This document shows, piece after piece, positions 12,970-21,622 of a stretch of DNA of 32,000 nucleotides; within the stretch, counting starts at the first letter, position 1, and each line of letters starts with the position of its first letter. The notes beneath the pieces are model-generated. The model had not been told where the DNA came from, did no database searches, and was given only the letters and a program-made list of their open reading frames with translations. The position numbers and the translations under genes are program-made. The stretch comes from Acetohalobium arabaticum DSM 5501. GTDB taxonomy: Bacteria > Bacillota > Halanaerobiia > Halobacteroidales > Acetohalobiaceae. Location of the stretch: assembly GCF_000144695.1 (NCBI RefSeq), contig NC_014378.1, forward strand, positions 376,781-408,780. The letters are read 5' to 3'.

Positions 12970-14934
12970 ATGAATATTATTTTGGGCATAGATGCTGGAG
13001 GTACTTATACGGATTCTGTTCTCTATGATAGAGGAAATCAAGAATTAATTGATAAGAATAAGGCACTTACTACTTATTATAATTTAACTGAAGGAATTAA
13101 TAATACTATTACTGGATTAAAAGAAGAATGGTTTGATACAGTAGAGTTAGTAACTTTATCTACAACTCTGGCTACTAATGCTATTGTAGAGGGGAGGGGT
13201 GGAAGAGTAGGACTACTTCTGTTGGGATATGACCAGCAGCTTATGGAGCAGTTTACATTGGATGAAGAGATTCCTGGTAAAAAAAGAGAGATTATTAAGG
13301 GCAGATTTAACACTAGAGGAGAAAAAATTGAAAGTTTAGATGAAGAGGAAATAGAAAAGATAATCAAAAAGTGGCAGGGAAGTATAGATGCAGTGGCCAT
13401 TTCTGGATATATGAGTCCCCGCAATCCAGCCCATGAATTAAAGGCTAAAGGGATACTGGCTGAAATGACAGACCTGCCAGTAGTCTGCGGCCATGAATTA
13501 ACTAATAAATTAAATTCTATTCAACGGGCAACTACAGTAGCCTTAAATGCCAGCTTGATTCCTATGATCAAAGAATTGAATCAAAAAGTAAAAGAGGTTC
13601 TGCAGGTTAATGGAATTGAAGCACCAGTGATGATGGTGAAAGGAGACGGTTCATTAGTAAGCAGCCAGGCAGTTATAGATAAGCCTATAGAGACTGTATT
13701 ATCGGGACCAGCAGCCAGTACAATTGGTGCTAAGCATCTGGGGGAGGTAAATGAAGGAGTAATTGTAGATATTGGTGGTACTACTACTGATATTTCTGTA
13801 ATTAAGGATGGTTATCCTGATTTAAATTCCGATGGAGCAGTAGTAGGCGGCTGGTTAAGTAGTATAGAAGCAATTAAATTTAAAACTATCGGCTTAGGTG
13901 GAGACAGCAGAATCTATTTTAATCAGGATGGAGAATTAAAGATTGGTCCTAAAAGGGTAATTCCTTATTCGGCAGCTGCTGTAGAGCATAGGGAAGTTTT
14001 AACTGATTTACATAGAATGAGCGAAGAAAAAGTAAGCGGAGCAAGAAGAGAATTTTTGACTTTAAATAGAGCTGGGGTAGATATCGAATTCAATAAGCAG
14101 GAAGAGCAGATAATAAATGTATTAGAAACTGGTCCTAAATCAATAGCTCAGATAGTAGAAAGCATTGGTCTGGTTAGCCATAGAATTTTAGATTTAGAGC
14201 GGCTAGAAAGACTTGGAGTGATTAAAAGAATTGGTCTGACTCCAACGGATGTCTTACATGTGTTAGGGGAGTATACTATCTGGGAGGAGGAAGCAGCAGA
14301 ATTAGGACTTGAATTACTGATGAAGAGAATGAAAAGTGATAAGTTGACTTTAGCAGAGAAGTTAAAAGAAAGAGTAATCAATAAAGAAGCTAAAGAGATT
14401 ATTGCTTATTTGATCAGCCAGGATTATGAAGATTATAATCAGAACAGATGTGGATTATGTGAAAGATTAATAGAGTCCTGTTTAACTGAAGAAACCAAGA
14501 ATTTTTTATTGGATTTTAAGTCCCAGTTACCAATTGTAGCCTTGGGAGCTCCAGCCGAAGCTTATATGTCTAATTTGGATGATTATTTGGAGACAGATAT
14601 TATAGTGCCTGAAAATTATGAAGTAGCCAATGCTGTTGGTACTGCTGTAGGTAGAATCCTGATTAAACAAGAAGTGGAGATTAAGGTGAGAGGAAATGAT
14701 TATATTGTTCATGCGCCAGGCAGAAAGAAAGAATTTATTGATTTAGAGGAAGCAGTTGAGTGGGCTAAACAGAAAGGAAAGAAAGCAGCTGTTAAAGAAG
14801 CTAAGACTGCTGGAGCTAAAAGTATTGAAGTAGAAATAGAGGTAGAAAGAAGAAAAGCAGATATTAGTGCTCAAGGATCTAAAATGTTATTAGGTATTGG
14901 AGTAAAGATTATTGTTACCGGATTACCATTTTAG
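12970..14934 (+). CDS. Hydantoinase/oxoprolinase-family (HyuA-like, ASKHA ATPase) protein embedded in the pyl operon
   Basis: It has the N-terminal ILGIDAGGTYTDSVLYD...STTLATNAIVEGRG (hydantoinase A N-domain pattern) and GPAASTIGAKHLG....IVDIGGTTTDISVIKDG...IGLGGDS (hydantoinase_A pattern). ATG 12970 is preferred (RBS GGAGGAG). The alternatives are TTG 12937 and ATG 12955, both in the same frame as 12970; only the 12937 start overlaps pylB. TAG stop. Confidence 0.8.
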   Translation: MNIILGIDAGGTYTDSVLYDRGNQELIDKNKALTTYYNLTEGINNTITGLKEEWFDTVELVTLSTTLATNAIVEGRGGRVGLLLLGYDQQLMEQFTLDEEIPGKKREIIKGRFNTRGEKIESLDEEEIEKIIKKWQGSIDAVAISGYMSPRNPAHELKAKGILAEMTDLPVVCGHELTNKLNSIQRATTVALNASLIPMIKELNQKVKEVLQVNGIEAPVMMVKGDGSLVSSQAVIDKPIETVLSGPAASTIGAKHLGEVNEGVIVDIGGTTTDISVIKDGYPDLNSDGAVVGGWLSSIEAIKFKTIGLGGDSRIYFNQDGELKIGPKRVIPYSAAAVEHREVLTDLHRMSEEKVSGARREFLTLNRAGVDIEFNKQEEQIINVLETGPKSIAQIVESIGLVSHRILDLERLERLGVIKRIGLTPTDVLHVLGEYTIWEEEAAELGLELLMKRMKSDKLTLAEKLKERVINKEAKEIIAYLISQDYEDYNQNRCGLCERLIESCLTEETKNFLLDFKSQLPIVALGAPAEAYMSNLDDYLETDIIVPENYEVANAVGTAVGRILIKQEVEIKVRGNDYIVHAPGRKKEFIDLEEAVEWAKQKGKKAAVKEAKTAGAKSIEVEIEVERRKADISAQGSKMLLGIGVKIIVTGLPF

Positions 14935-14972
14935 ATTAAATATTGATCTAAAGTATATAGGGGGCGAATTAA

Positions 14973-16145
14973 GTGCGAAGAATTGCTATAATAGGTGGGG
15001 GATTACAGGGAATTGAAGTTACTTATCTGGCACAGAAGGCCGGATATAAAGTGCTGTTAATCGATAAAAGAAGGGATGTTCCGGCCTTTAATTTGGCAGA
15101 TGAGACTATAATCTGTGATATAATGAAAGAAAAGGAGAAGTTTAAGGAGAGTTTAGATGGTGTAGATTTAATTCTGCCTACTACCGAGAATAATGCAGCT
15201 TTACAGACATTAAAGAGTATGGATTCTAAGATAGACATTCCTATTGTATTTGACTGGGCTGCCTATCAGATTACTAATTCTAAAGAGAAATCAAAGAAAT
15301 TATTCAGTGAATATGATATTCCTCAGGCTGATTTATGGCCTAAAGCAGACTTTCCTTTGATCATTAAACCTAGCTCTGCTAGCGGTAGTCAAGAGGTGCA
15401 TAGGGCAGAAAATAAGCAGGAATTGGATGAAGTATTAACTAATCTGAAAGCAGCAGAAAGTGATCTAATTATCGAAGAATATCTTCCAGGACCTTCCTAT
15501 TCTATCGAGGTAATTGGCTATCAGGATCAGATATTGCCTTTGGTAACTACTTATTTAGATTTTGATGTTGATTATGACTGTAGACAGGTGATTTCCACTG
15601 ATAATTTAGAATTCATTGATACAGAACTAAGGGAGAGATTAAATGAATTAAGCAGTAAGATTGCTAAAAAGATCGGGCTCAATGGGATTATGGATCTGGA
15701 AGTGATCAGAGGCGAGAATGATATAAAGGTATTAGAAATCGATGCCCGCTTTCCCAGCCAGACTCCGATTACAGTCTTCTGGGCTACTGGTTTAAATATG
15801 GTGGAACTGTTGGTTAAGCTCTATTTAGAGGAAGGAATAGAGCCTGAATCCAAAGATTCATTCTCGGAGAATAAATCAGTCATTTATGAACATATTAAGA
15901 TGCAGAATGAAGTTTTAGAGGTCTGTGGAGAACATATTATTTCTCGAAGTACAGATTTAAGGCTGGAGAGGGACTTCTTTGGAGCTGTTGAAGCGATAAC
16001 CAATTATGGTTTTAGAAAGCAAGAATGGGTAGCTACTTTAATTTTTACTGCCGATTCTTTGGTAGAAGCATTTAAACAGAGAGATCGAACTTTAAATAAA
16101 ATTAGTGAAATAAATTCGTTATCTAAAACTAAAGTAAAGAGGTGA
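14973..16145 (+). CDS. pylC: 3-methylornithine--L-lysine ligase (ATP-grasp)
   Basis: N-terminal IAIIGGGLQGIEVTYLAQKAGYKVLLIDK, ATP-grasp body (LIIKPSSASGSQ..., LEIDARFPSQTP), and a position between pylB and pylD. Confidence 0.88.
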   Translation: MRRIAIIGGGLQGIEVTYLAQKAGYKVLLIDKRRDVPAFNLADETIICDIMKEKEKFKESLDGVDLILPTTENNAALQTLKSMDSKIDIPIVFDWAAYQITNSKEKSKKLFSEYDIPQADLWPKADFPLIIKPSSASGSQEVHRAENKQELDEVLTNLKAAESDLIIEEYLPGPSYSIEVIGYQDQILPLVTTYLDFDVDYDCRQVISTDNLEFIDTELRERLNELSSKIAKKIGLNGIMDLEVIRGENDIKVLEIDARFPSQTPITVFWATGLNMVELLVKLYLEEGIEPESKDSFSENKSVIYEHIKMQNEVLEVCGEHIISRSTDLRLERDFFGAVEAITNYGFRKQEWVATLIFTADSLVEAFKQRDRTLNKISEINSLSKTKVKR

Positions 16146-16149
16146 TAAG

Positions 16150-16956
16150 ATGACTAGATTATTTACTGATCAGATAAGCCATATTCCAGAGACAATAGAC
16201 GAATATAACCAGGAATTGAAGGATAAGACCGGGTGTGGGCTAGTAGGCTTGGCCAATCATGCTTTAGGAACTGAGTATGAAACTGCTTTTTTGGCTCAAA
16301 AGAGAGCTGCTGTTGTCCCTGTTACCGTAGGTGAAGGGATTATTCAGGGATTCAGTAAATCAGTAGCAGCTATTTTAGAATATATGGGGTTTGAGATTTT
16401 GGTTACCAATAGTTCAGATGTAAAAGGAATTAAAGAAGCATATCAAAAGAAAGCAGATATTCTTTTGATGGCCGATGATGATGAATTTATAGCTTTGAAT
16501 CTGGAAGAGAATAAATATGTTGATAATAACTGGGCTACAGCAAGGGCTTATGTGAATGCTTTGGAATTAATGGTAGGCGGATTGAAAGATAGAACAGTAG
16601 TTGTACAGGGATTAGGCCCAATAGGGAGAGAGGCTGTTAGAGCCTTAATAGAGAAGGAAGCCCGGATAAAGGTCTATGATGTTGATGAGCAGAAGATGAT
16701 AAAATTAACAGAGGAGGTTGAATCTGTAGAGGCTGTAAAGAATCCGGAACAAGAATTAAAACATAATAAATTAATTCTAGAAGCAACTCCTGTTGATAAT
16801 ACTATACAAGAGGATTATATCGATCAAAAAACATATATTTCTGCTCCTGGAGTTCCCTTAGGTGTCTGCAAAACTGCTATAAGTAGTATTGAAGATAGAT
16901 TAATTCATGATCCGTTACAGTTGGGAGTAAGCTTGATGGCGGCTGGGGTTTTATAG
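16150..16956 (+). CDS. pylD: Pyrrolysine synthase (3-methylornithyl-N6-L-lysine dehydrogenase)
   Basis: VPVTVGEGIIQGFS, ILLMADDDEF, Rossmann VVVQGLGPIGREA, LEATP, APGVPLG and DPLQLG match the PylD pattern recalled from Methanosarcina PylD. TAG stop at 16954-16956. Confidence 0.85.
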   Translation: MTRLFTDQISHIPETIDEYNQELKDKTGCGLVGLANHALGTEYETAFLAQKRAAVVPVTVGEGIIQGFSKSVAAILEYMGFEILVTNSSDVKGIKEAYQKKADILLMADDDEFIALNLEENKYVDNNWATARAYVNALELMVGGLKDRTVVVQGLGPIGREAVRALIEKEARIKVYDVDEQKMIKLTEEVESVEAVKNPEQELKHNKLILEATPVDNTIQEDYIDQKTYISAPGVPLGVCKTAISSIEDRLIHDPLQLGVSLMAAGVL

Positions 16957-17820
16957 ATGTTCTATAAATTTGTTGAAGATTTCTGAGCGGTATTTATCTT
17001 TATGATAAATAATACTGAAGTTTCTTTTAAATTCAATTCCTGAGATATTTACTTTAGTTATTTTTCCTTTTTTTCTTTCTTCTTTGGTTGAGATTTCAGG
17101 TAAGATAGAGACTCCAATGTTGGCTGCTACAGCTTTTTTAATTGCTTCAATATTATTAAAAACATGAGTGATTTGACAAGATATATTAAAATTAGCCAAA
17201 ATATTTTCAATAACTTTTCTGGTACCGCTTCCCTCTTCCCGCATGATAAAGTCTTCTTCATTGATTTTTTCCGGGGAGAGGTTTTTCCAGTGGCTCCATT
17301 CATGTTTAGTAGAACATACCAATTGAAGCTGGTCTGTAAAGAACTTTTCAACCACAATATTATCAGAACTGATAGGTCCTTCTACTAATCCTAAATCGAT
17401 TTTGTTATCTAAGACCATCTGTTCTATAACACTGGTGTTATCAATTATAAAGGGTAGGTTAATATCTTTATATTTCTGCTGGAATTCTTCTATTATCTGG
17501 GGTAATAGATAAGTGCCTATAGTCATACTGCTTCCAATTCGCAGCTGTCCTTGGTTTAGATTGGATATATCCTCCATTGCATTTTTGGTTTCATTTACAA
17601 GGTTTAGAATCCGCTTGCTATAATTAAGAAGTATTTCACCAGGGTGAGTTAATTTTAATCTTCTGTTTAGCCGGTCAAATAACTTCAAATTTAATTTATC
17701 TTCTAAGGTAGAGATAGTTTGACTGATAGCAGGCTGACTTATGTATAATTTTTTAGCTGCAGCTGACATATTTTTAGTTTCGCAGACTGTAACAAATATT
17801 TTAAGCTCTCTTAAATTCAA
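16951..17820 (-). CDS. LysR-family transcriptional regulator
   Basis: N-terminal wHTH (LRELKIFVTVCETKNMSAAAKKLYISQPAISQTISTLEDKL) and a C-terminal LysR substrate-binding domain. It is convergent with pylD, and its TAA stop abuts the pylD stop. Confidence 0.85.
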   Translation of the reverse strand: MNLRELKIFVTVCETKNMSAAAKKLYISQPAISQTISTLEDKLNLKLFDRLNRRLKLTHPGEILLNYSKRILNLVNETKNAMEDISNLNQGQLRIGSSMTIGTYLLPQIIEEFQQKYKDINLPFIIDNTSVIEQMVLDNKIDLGLVEGPISSDNIVVEKFFTDQLQLVCSTKHEWSHWKNLSPEKINEEDFIMREEGSGTRKVIENILANFNISCQITHVFNNIEAIKKAVAANIGVSILPEISTKEERKKGKITKVNISGIEFKRNFSIIYHKDKYRSEIFNKFIEHL

Positions 17821-17954
17821 TTTAATATCCTCCTTTGATTTTTGTAGATACTTAATTATACTATAATTTATGGAAAGATCTTACTTTTTATATTACCATA
17901 ATTTGAACAATAATTATACCCTAAATTGAAATTTTAGTTTGGTAGTATCTTTGG

Positions 17955-17982
17955 TTGACTTTTTTTAAATATATGATATAAT
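17955..17982 (+). promoter_or_regulatory. Sigma-A promoter candidate for tRNA-Leu
   Basis: TTGACT (17955-17960), 16-nt spacer, TATAAT (17977-17982) with an upstream TG (extended -10). Confidence 0.55.
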
Positions 17983-18008
17983 ATTAAACGTCTGAAAATG
18001 AAATAGTT

Positions 18009-18097
18009 GCCGGAGTGGCGGAACTGGCAGACGCGTAGCGTTGAGGGCGCTATGGACAGTCTTGTCCGTGTGGGTTCAAATCCCACCTCCGGCACCA
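18009..18097 (+). tRNA. tRNA-Leu (anticodon GAG), class II with a long variable arm, CCA encoded
   Basis: Acceptor GCCGGAG/CTCCGGC; anticodon stem TAGCG/CGCTA with loop TTGAGGG (GAG at 18043-18045); long variable arm TGGACAGTCTTGTCCGT; T arm GTGGGTTCAAATCCCAC. Confidence 0.9.
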
Positions 18098-18103
18098 TTA
18101 ATT

Positions 18104-18134
18104 TCTAGCCTAAGTATAAGGGCTAGATTTTTTA
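18104..18134 (+). terminator. Rho-independent terminator after tRNA-Leu
   Basis: Stem TCTAGCC (18104-18110) / GGCTAGA (18121-18127) followed by TTTTTT. Confidence 0.7.
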
Positions 18135-18439
18135 TTTACCGAATATGATTTAAAAATTGATTAGGTTTCCAATTGTGAAAAATAATATAATTTTCTAAAT
18201 TAGGAGGAATTTAATTCTAAATATCTAATTATTAGTATAAGGATTAAAGATAGTATTACAGATTATTACTATTTTTCAAAAAAGACATTAGGAGGAAAGG
18301 GGGAGTAAAAAAGTAGTAATTTTTTGAAGTGTTCAATATGAAAATTGGAGTAAATGGATTGATAAGGAAGAAGTTTATTGGTTTTGGATAAAATAAAAGA
18401 GACAGATTAAATAACTATAAAGGATAAGGTGAAATAGTT

Positions 18440-19858
18440 ATGAAAGTTAAAAACAAGTCATTTTCTGGAGGTTATACGTTTAATCTTGAGGGTAAGCCTC
18501 AGGATAGAGTTGTTGAATTAGAAACTCCTTCGAAAGTTGTTGTTCCTTTAAAGCAGGGGTTTGGCAGAGAAGTAGAACCCAATGTTGAGCCGGGTGAAGA
18601 AGTGAAAGCTGGTCAGATTATTGGTAGAGATGATGAATCTTTGTCTACTCCTATACAGGCAACGGTTAGCGGAACTGTAACAGAGATTACGGATTTACCT
18701 TCAAATAGGAGAGCAGTTGTCATTGAGTCAGATGGGACAGATGATTGGCAGCAATTAGAAGATCATTCATCTAATTGGAATAATCTATCAGCTGAAGAAA
18801 TTGAAGAATTACTTTATACTTCCGGAGTTACTTCCTTGGATAACCAGGGAATTCCGACTAGATATAAGAGTTCATCAATTTCTAAAGATGAAGTAGAGCA
18901 TATAATTATTGAAGGTACTGAGTCTAATCCTTATAACTTATCATTATCAGCTCTTTTAGAAGAAAATAAGTTATCACAGTTTGTTGATGGATTACAGATA
19001 CTCCACAAAGTCTTTCCACAGGCTAAAGTACATGTAACTATCAATGAAAATCGACAGCAATTAATTAAAGAATTAAGTGATTCTGCTGGAAATTATGATT
19101 GGATTCAGCTGTATAGTTCAGCTCCTAAGTATCCTCAAGGTAAGGACGAAATATTAGTTCCTACAATTTTAGGTGACGATTATAAAGTAAGAGCTTCTGT
19201 AGCAAGTTATGGTGTAATTGTCTTAAAAGTCCAGACTATTCTGCATATTTATGATGCTGTTGTAGAAGGAAAACCGTTGATAGAGCGGATGGTATCGCTG
19301 GCTGGAGAGGGCTGGCAGGAAAATATTCACCTTAAAGTTCGAATTGGTACTTCTATTGAAGCTATTATGAAAAATTACTCTGGTAGTGATAACCAGAGGC
19401 TTATTATTGGTAATTTATTAACAGATAAATCTATTGCAGATTACGAGATACCGGTTGACCGCACTTTTGATAATTTAAATGCGATCCCGGAACAGGAAGT
19501 AGGCGAGCCGTTTGCCTTTGCGCGTCCAGGAGCTCAAAAATATTCTTATTCAAATTCATTCTTATCTGCCTTACTTTCTGAGGTCTCTAGTAAATGTGAT
19601 ACTAATGTTCATGGAGAAGAAAGGGCTTGTATCTTCTGTGGTTACTGTGAAGATGCTTGTCCAGTTGATATAATTCCACATCTTGTTGAACGGTATACAG
19701 CTCAGAGCAGTGTCGATGAAGAGCTTATTAGATATGGTATTTTTGACTGTATAGAATGTAACTTGTGTACATTTGTTTGTCCATCTAAAAGACCTGTAGG
19801 TAAGCATATCAAGCAGGGAAAACAGTTCTTGCTCAATAAAGGATATGTAGTGAAGTAA
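18440..19858 (+). CDS. nqrA: Na+-translocating NADH:quinone oxidoreductase subunit A homolog with a C-terminal 2x[4Fe-4S] ferredoxin-type motif (RnfC-like feature)
   Basis: It has an N-terminal NqrA/RnfC barrel-sandwich region (AGQIIGRDDESLSTPIQATVSGTVTEI) and is the first gene of an ABCDEF-ordered operon. Two complete motifs are present: CIFCGYCEDACP and CIECNLCTFVCP. Confidence 0.75.
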   Translation: MKVKNKSFSGGYTFNLEGKPQDRVVELETPSKVVVPLKQGFGREVEPNVEPGEEVKAGQIIGRDDESLSTPIQATVSGTVTEITDLPSNRRAVVIESDGTDDWQQLEDHSSNWNNLSAEEIEELLYTSGVTSLDNQGIPTRYKSSSISKDEVEHIIIEGTESNPYNLSLSALLEENKLSQFVDGLQILHKVFPQAKVHVTINENRQQLIKELSDSAGNYDWIQLYSSAPKYPQGKDEILVPTILGDDYKVRASVASYGVIVLKVQTILHIYDAVVEGKPLIERMVSLAGEGWQENIHLKVRIGTSIEAIMKNYSGSDNQRLIIGNLLTDKSIADYEIPVDRTFDNLNAIPEQEVGEPFAFARPGAQKYSYSNSFLSALLSEVSSKCDTNVHGEERACIFCGYCEDACPVDIIPHLVERYTAQSSVDEELIRYGIFDCIECNLCTFVCPSKRPVGKHIKQGKQFLLNKGYVVK

Positions 19859-19913
19859 ATTTAAAGTATTTACAGGTTTAAAGTTGGATAGGATTAGGAG
19901 GGTGAATAAAAAA

Positions 19914-21005
19914 ATGAACGGACTTCGTAGTTTTTTTGATAATTTAAAGGAAAATGAATCACTACAGCCTGTAAAGCCCGTTATTGATGCAATGGCTGCA
20001 ATATTCTGTGGGCCAGATGAGGTTACAGCTTCTGCACCACATATTATGGATAATAATGATCTAAAAAGGTATATGTCAATGGTGATTTTAGCCTTGCTAC
20101 CTAGTACTTTTGCATCAATTTACTTTTACGGATGGCGTGCTGTATCAATTATTTTGGTATCTTATATAGTTGGTGGTTTAACGGAAGTACTCTTTGCTAT
20201 CATTAGAGGACATGAAATCGAAGAAGGATTTCTAGTAACAGGGCTTATCTTTCCTTTAGTTTTACCGCCGACGATTCCTTTATGGATGGTAGCAGTAGGG
20301 TCATTTTTTGGAGTTCTGTTTGGAAAAGAAGTTTTTGGCGGTACCGGACGGAATGTATTTAATCCAGCAATTGCAGGCCGTGTCTTTATTTCGATTGCCT
20401 TTCCAGTAGCTATGACTACTAAGTGGGCTAAACCTTTAGTTGGAGGTTTAGGAGGTTTTCTGAAGTATTCAGTTCCTGTTGATGCAATGTCGGCAGCAAC
20501 TCCGCTGGCAGTCTTTAAGACTAATGGTGAATTAGCATTCTCCACTTTTGAGCTTTTATTTGGTACAACTGGTGGTTCTATGGGAGAAACATTCCGGATT
20601 GGAATAATTATCGGTGGTCTATTCTTGATTGCTGCTAAAATAGTAGACTGGAGAATTCCAACGGCCTATTTAGGCTCTGTAGTAATCTTATCGGCTATTG
20701 GAAATCAGTTCTTACCAGGTACAGTTGCTCCACCATTATATCAATTGCTGACAGGAGGTCTCTTATTTGGTGCCTTCTTTATGGCAACTGATCCTGTAAC
20801 ATCGCCTTTTACAAAAGGCGGAACCTGGATATTTGGTATTTTTGCTGGATTTCTGACACTGATCTTTAGAAGCTTTAGTGGCTATGTTGAAGGTGTAATG
20901 TTTAGTATCTTACTGGCAAATTCAGTAACACCTTTGATCGATAGTATGGTTTTGAAGACGAAATTCAAACCAAAAGATGATGGGGTCGTTTACAATGAAA
21001 ACTAA
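19914..21005 (+). CDS. nqrB: NADH:quinone oxidoreductase subunit B (NqrB/RnfD family)
   Basis: Polytopic membrane protein with an NqrB-type N-terminal extension (..PVIDAMAAIFCGPDEVTASAPHIMDNNDLKRYM..), an FMN-attachment-like SAAT motif and FMATDPVTSP. ATG 19914 is preferred (RBS AGGAGGG). The track start is TTG 19884. Confidence 0.8.
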   Translation: MNGLRSFFDNLKENESLQPVKPVIDAMAAIFCGPDEVTASAPHIMDNNDLKRYMSMVILALLPSTFASIYFYGWRAVSIILVSYIVGGLTEVLFAIIRGHEIEEGFLVTGLIFPLVLPPTIPLWMVAVGSFFGVLFGKEVFGGTGRNVFNPAIAGRVFISIAFPVAMTTKWAKPLVGGLGGFLKYSVPVDAMSAATPLAVFKTNGELAFSTFELLFGTTGGSMGETFRIGIIIGGLFLIAAKIVDWRIPTAYLGSVVILSAIGNQFLPGTVAPPLYQLLTGGLLFGAFFMATDPVTSPFTKGGTWIFGIFAGFLTLIFRSFSGYVEGVMFSILLANSVTPLIDSMVLKTKFKPKDDGVVYNEN

Positions 21006-21621
21006 TACTAATTTAGAACAGGAAGTGCAAACTAAGGATATTCTGTTGGGTAAGGCTAAGATGATAATCTTTATGTTAATCTTGGGTTTGGTTGCAGCTG
21101 CTTTATTAGCAGGATTGGGTTCTTATACTAAACCTCTTGTGGAGAAGAATAAAGAATTAAGAACAATGCAGAAAGTTCTTGAATCTATTAATGTGGATTA
21201 TTCAAGTGATAATTTAACAAAGGTCTTTAAAGAAAAGGTCGAGGTTGTAAATGAAGGCGAATATAAATTTTACAAGACCAAAGAAGGCGAAGTTGCTTTT
21301 AAATTTGAAGGTGAAGGGATTTGGGCTCCAATTGTTGGTTTTGCAGCCCTTGACTCTGATATGGAAACCCTAGAAGGGATTTCAATAATGTCCCAGGGAG
21401 AGACTCCTGGTCTTGGCGGTCGAATTACAGAAGATTGGTTTCTTAATCAGTTTAAAGGCTTAAAACGCAATCCAAAAATTGTAGTTTTGAAAGCAAGTAA
21501 AACAGCTGATAATCCTAATGAAGTAGATGGGATTGCTGGAGCAACGTTGTCTGGTAAGGCTTTACAGAAGATTTTAAATAAGAATATTGAAGTGGCTTTG
21601 CAGAAACTGGAGGTGAACTAA
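20995..21621 (+). CDS. nqrC: NADH:quinone oxidoreductase subunit C (NqrC/RnfG family, FMN-binding)
   Basis: Single N-terminal TM helix and an FMN-binding domain with the flavinylation-type motif DGIAGATLSG. The start is ambiguous (ATG 20977 or 20995); either overlaps the nqrB stop. Confidence 0.75.
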   Translation: MKTNTNLEQEVQTKDILLGKAKMIIFMLILGLVAAALLAGLGSYTKPLVEKNKELRTMQKVLESINVDYSSDNLTKVFKEKVEVVNEGEYKFYKTKEGEVAFKFEGEGIWAPIVGFAALDSDMETLEGISIMSQGETPGLGGRITEDWFLNQFKGLKRNPKIVVLKASKTADNPNEVDGIAGATLSGKALQKILNKNIEVALQKLEVN

Positions 21622-21622
21622 T

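Noticed and set aside
12970-14934. The hydantoinase-like protein as a RamA-type corrinoid reductive activase
   Set aside because: RamA-type activases carry ferredoxin-like Fe-S cluster motifs. This ORF has only four cysteines (one isolated plus CGLCERLIESC) and shows HyuA-type motifs instead. A link to corrinoid activation remains unsupported.
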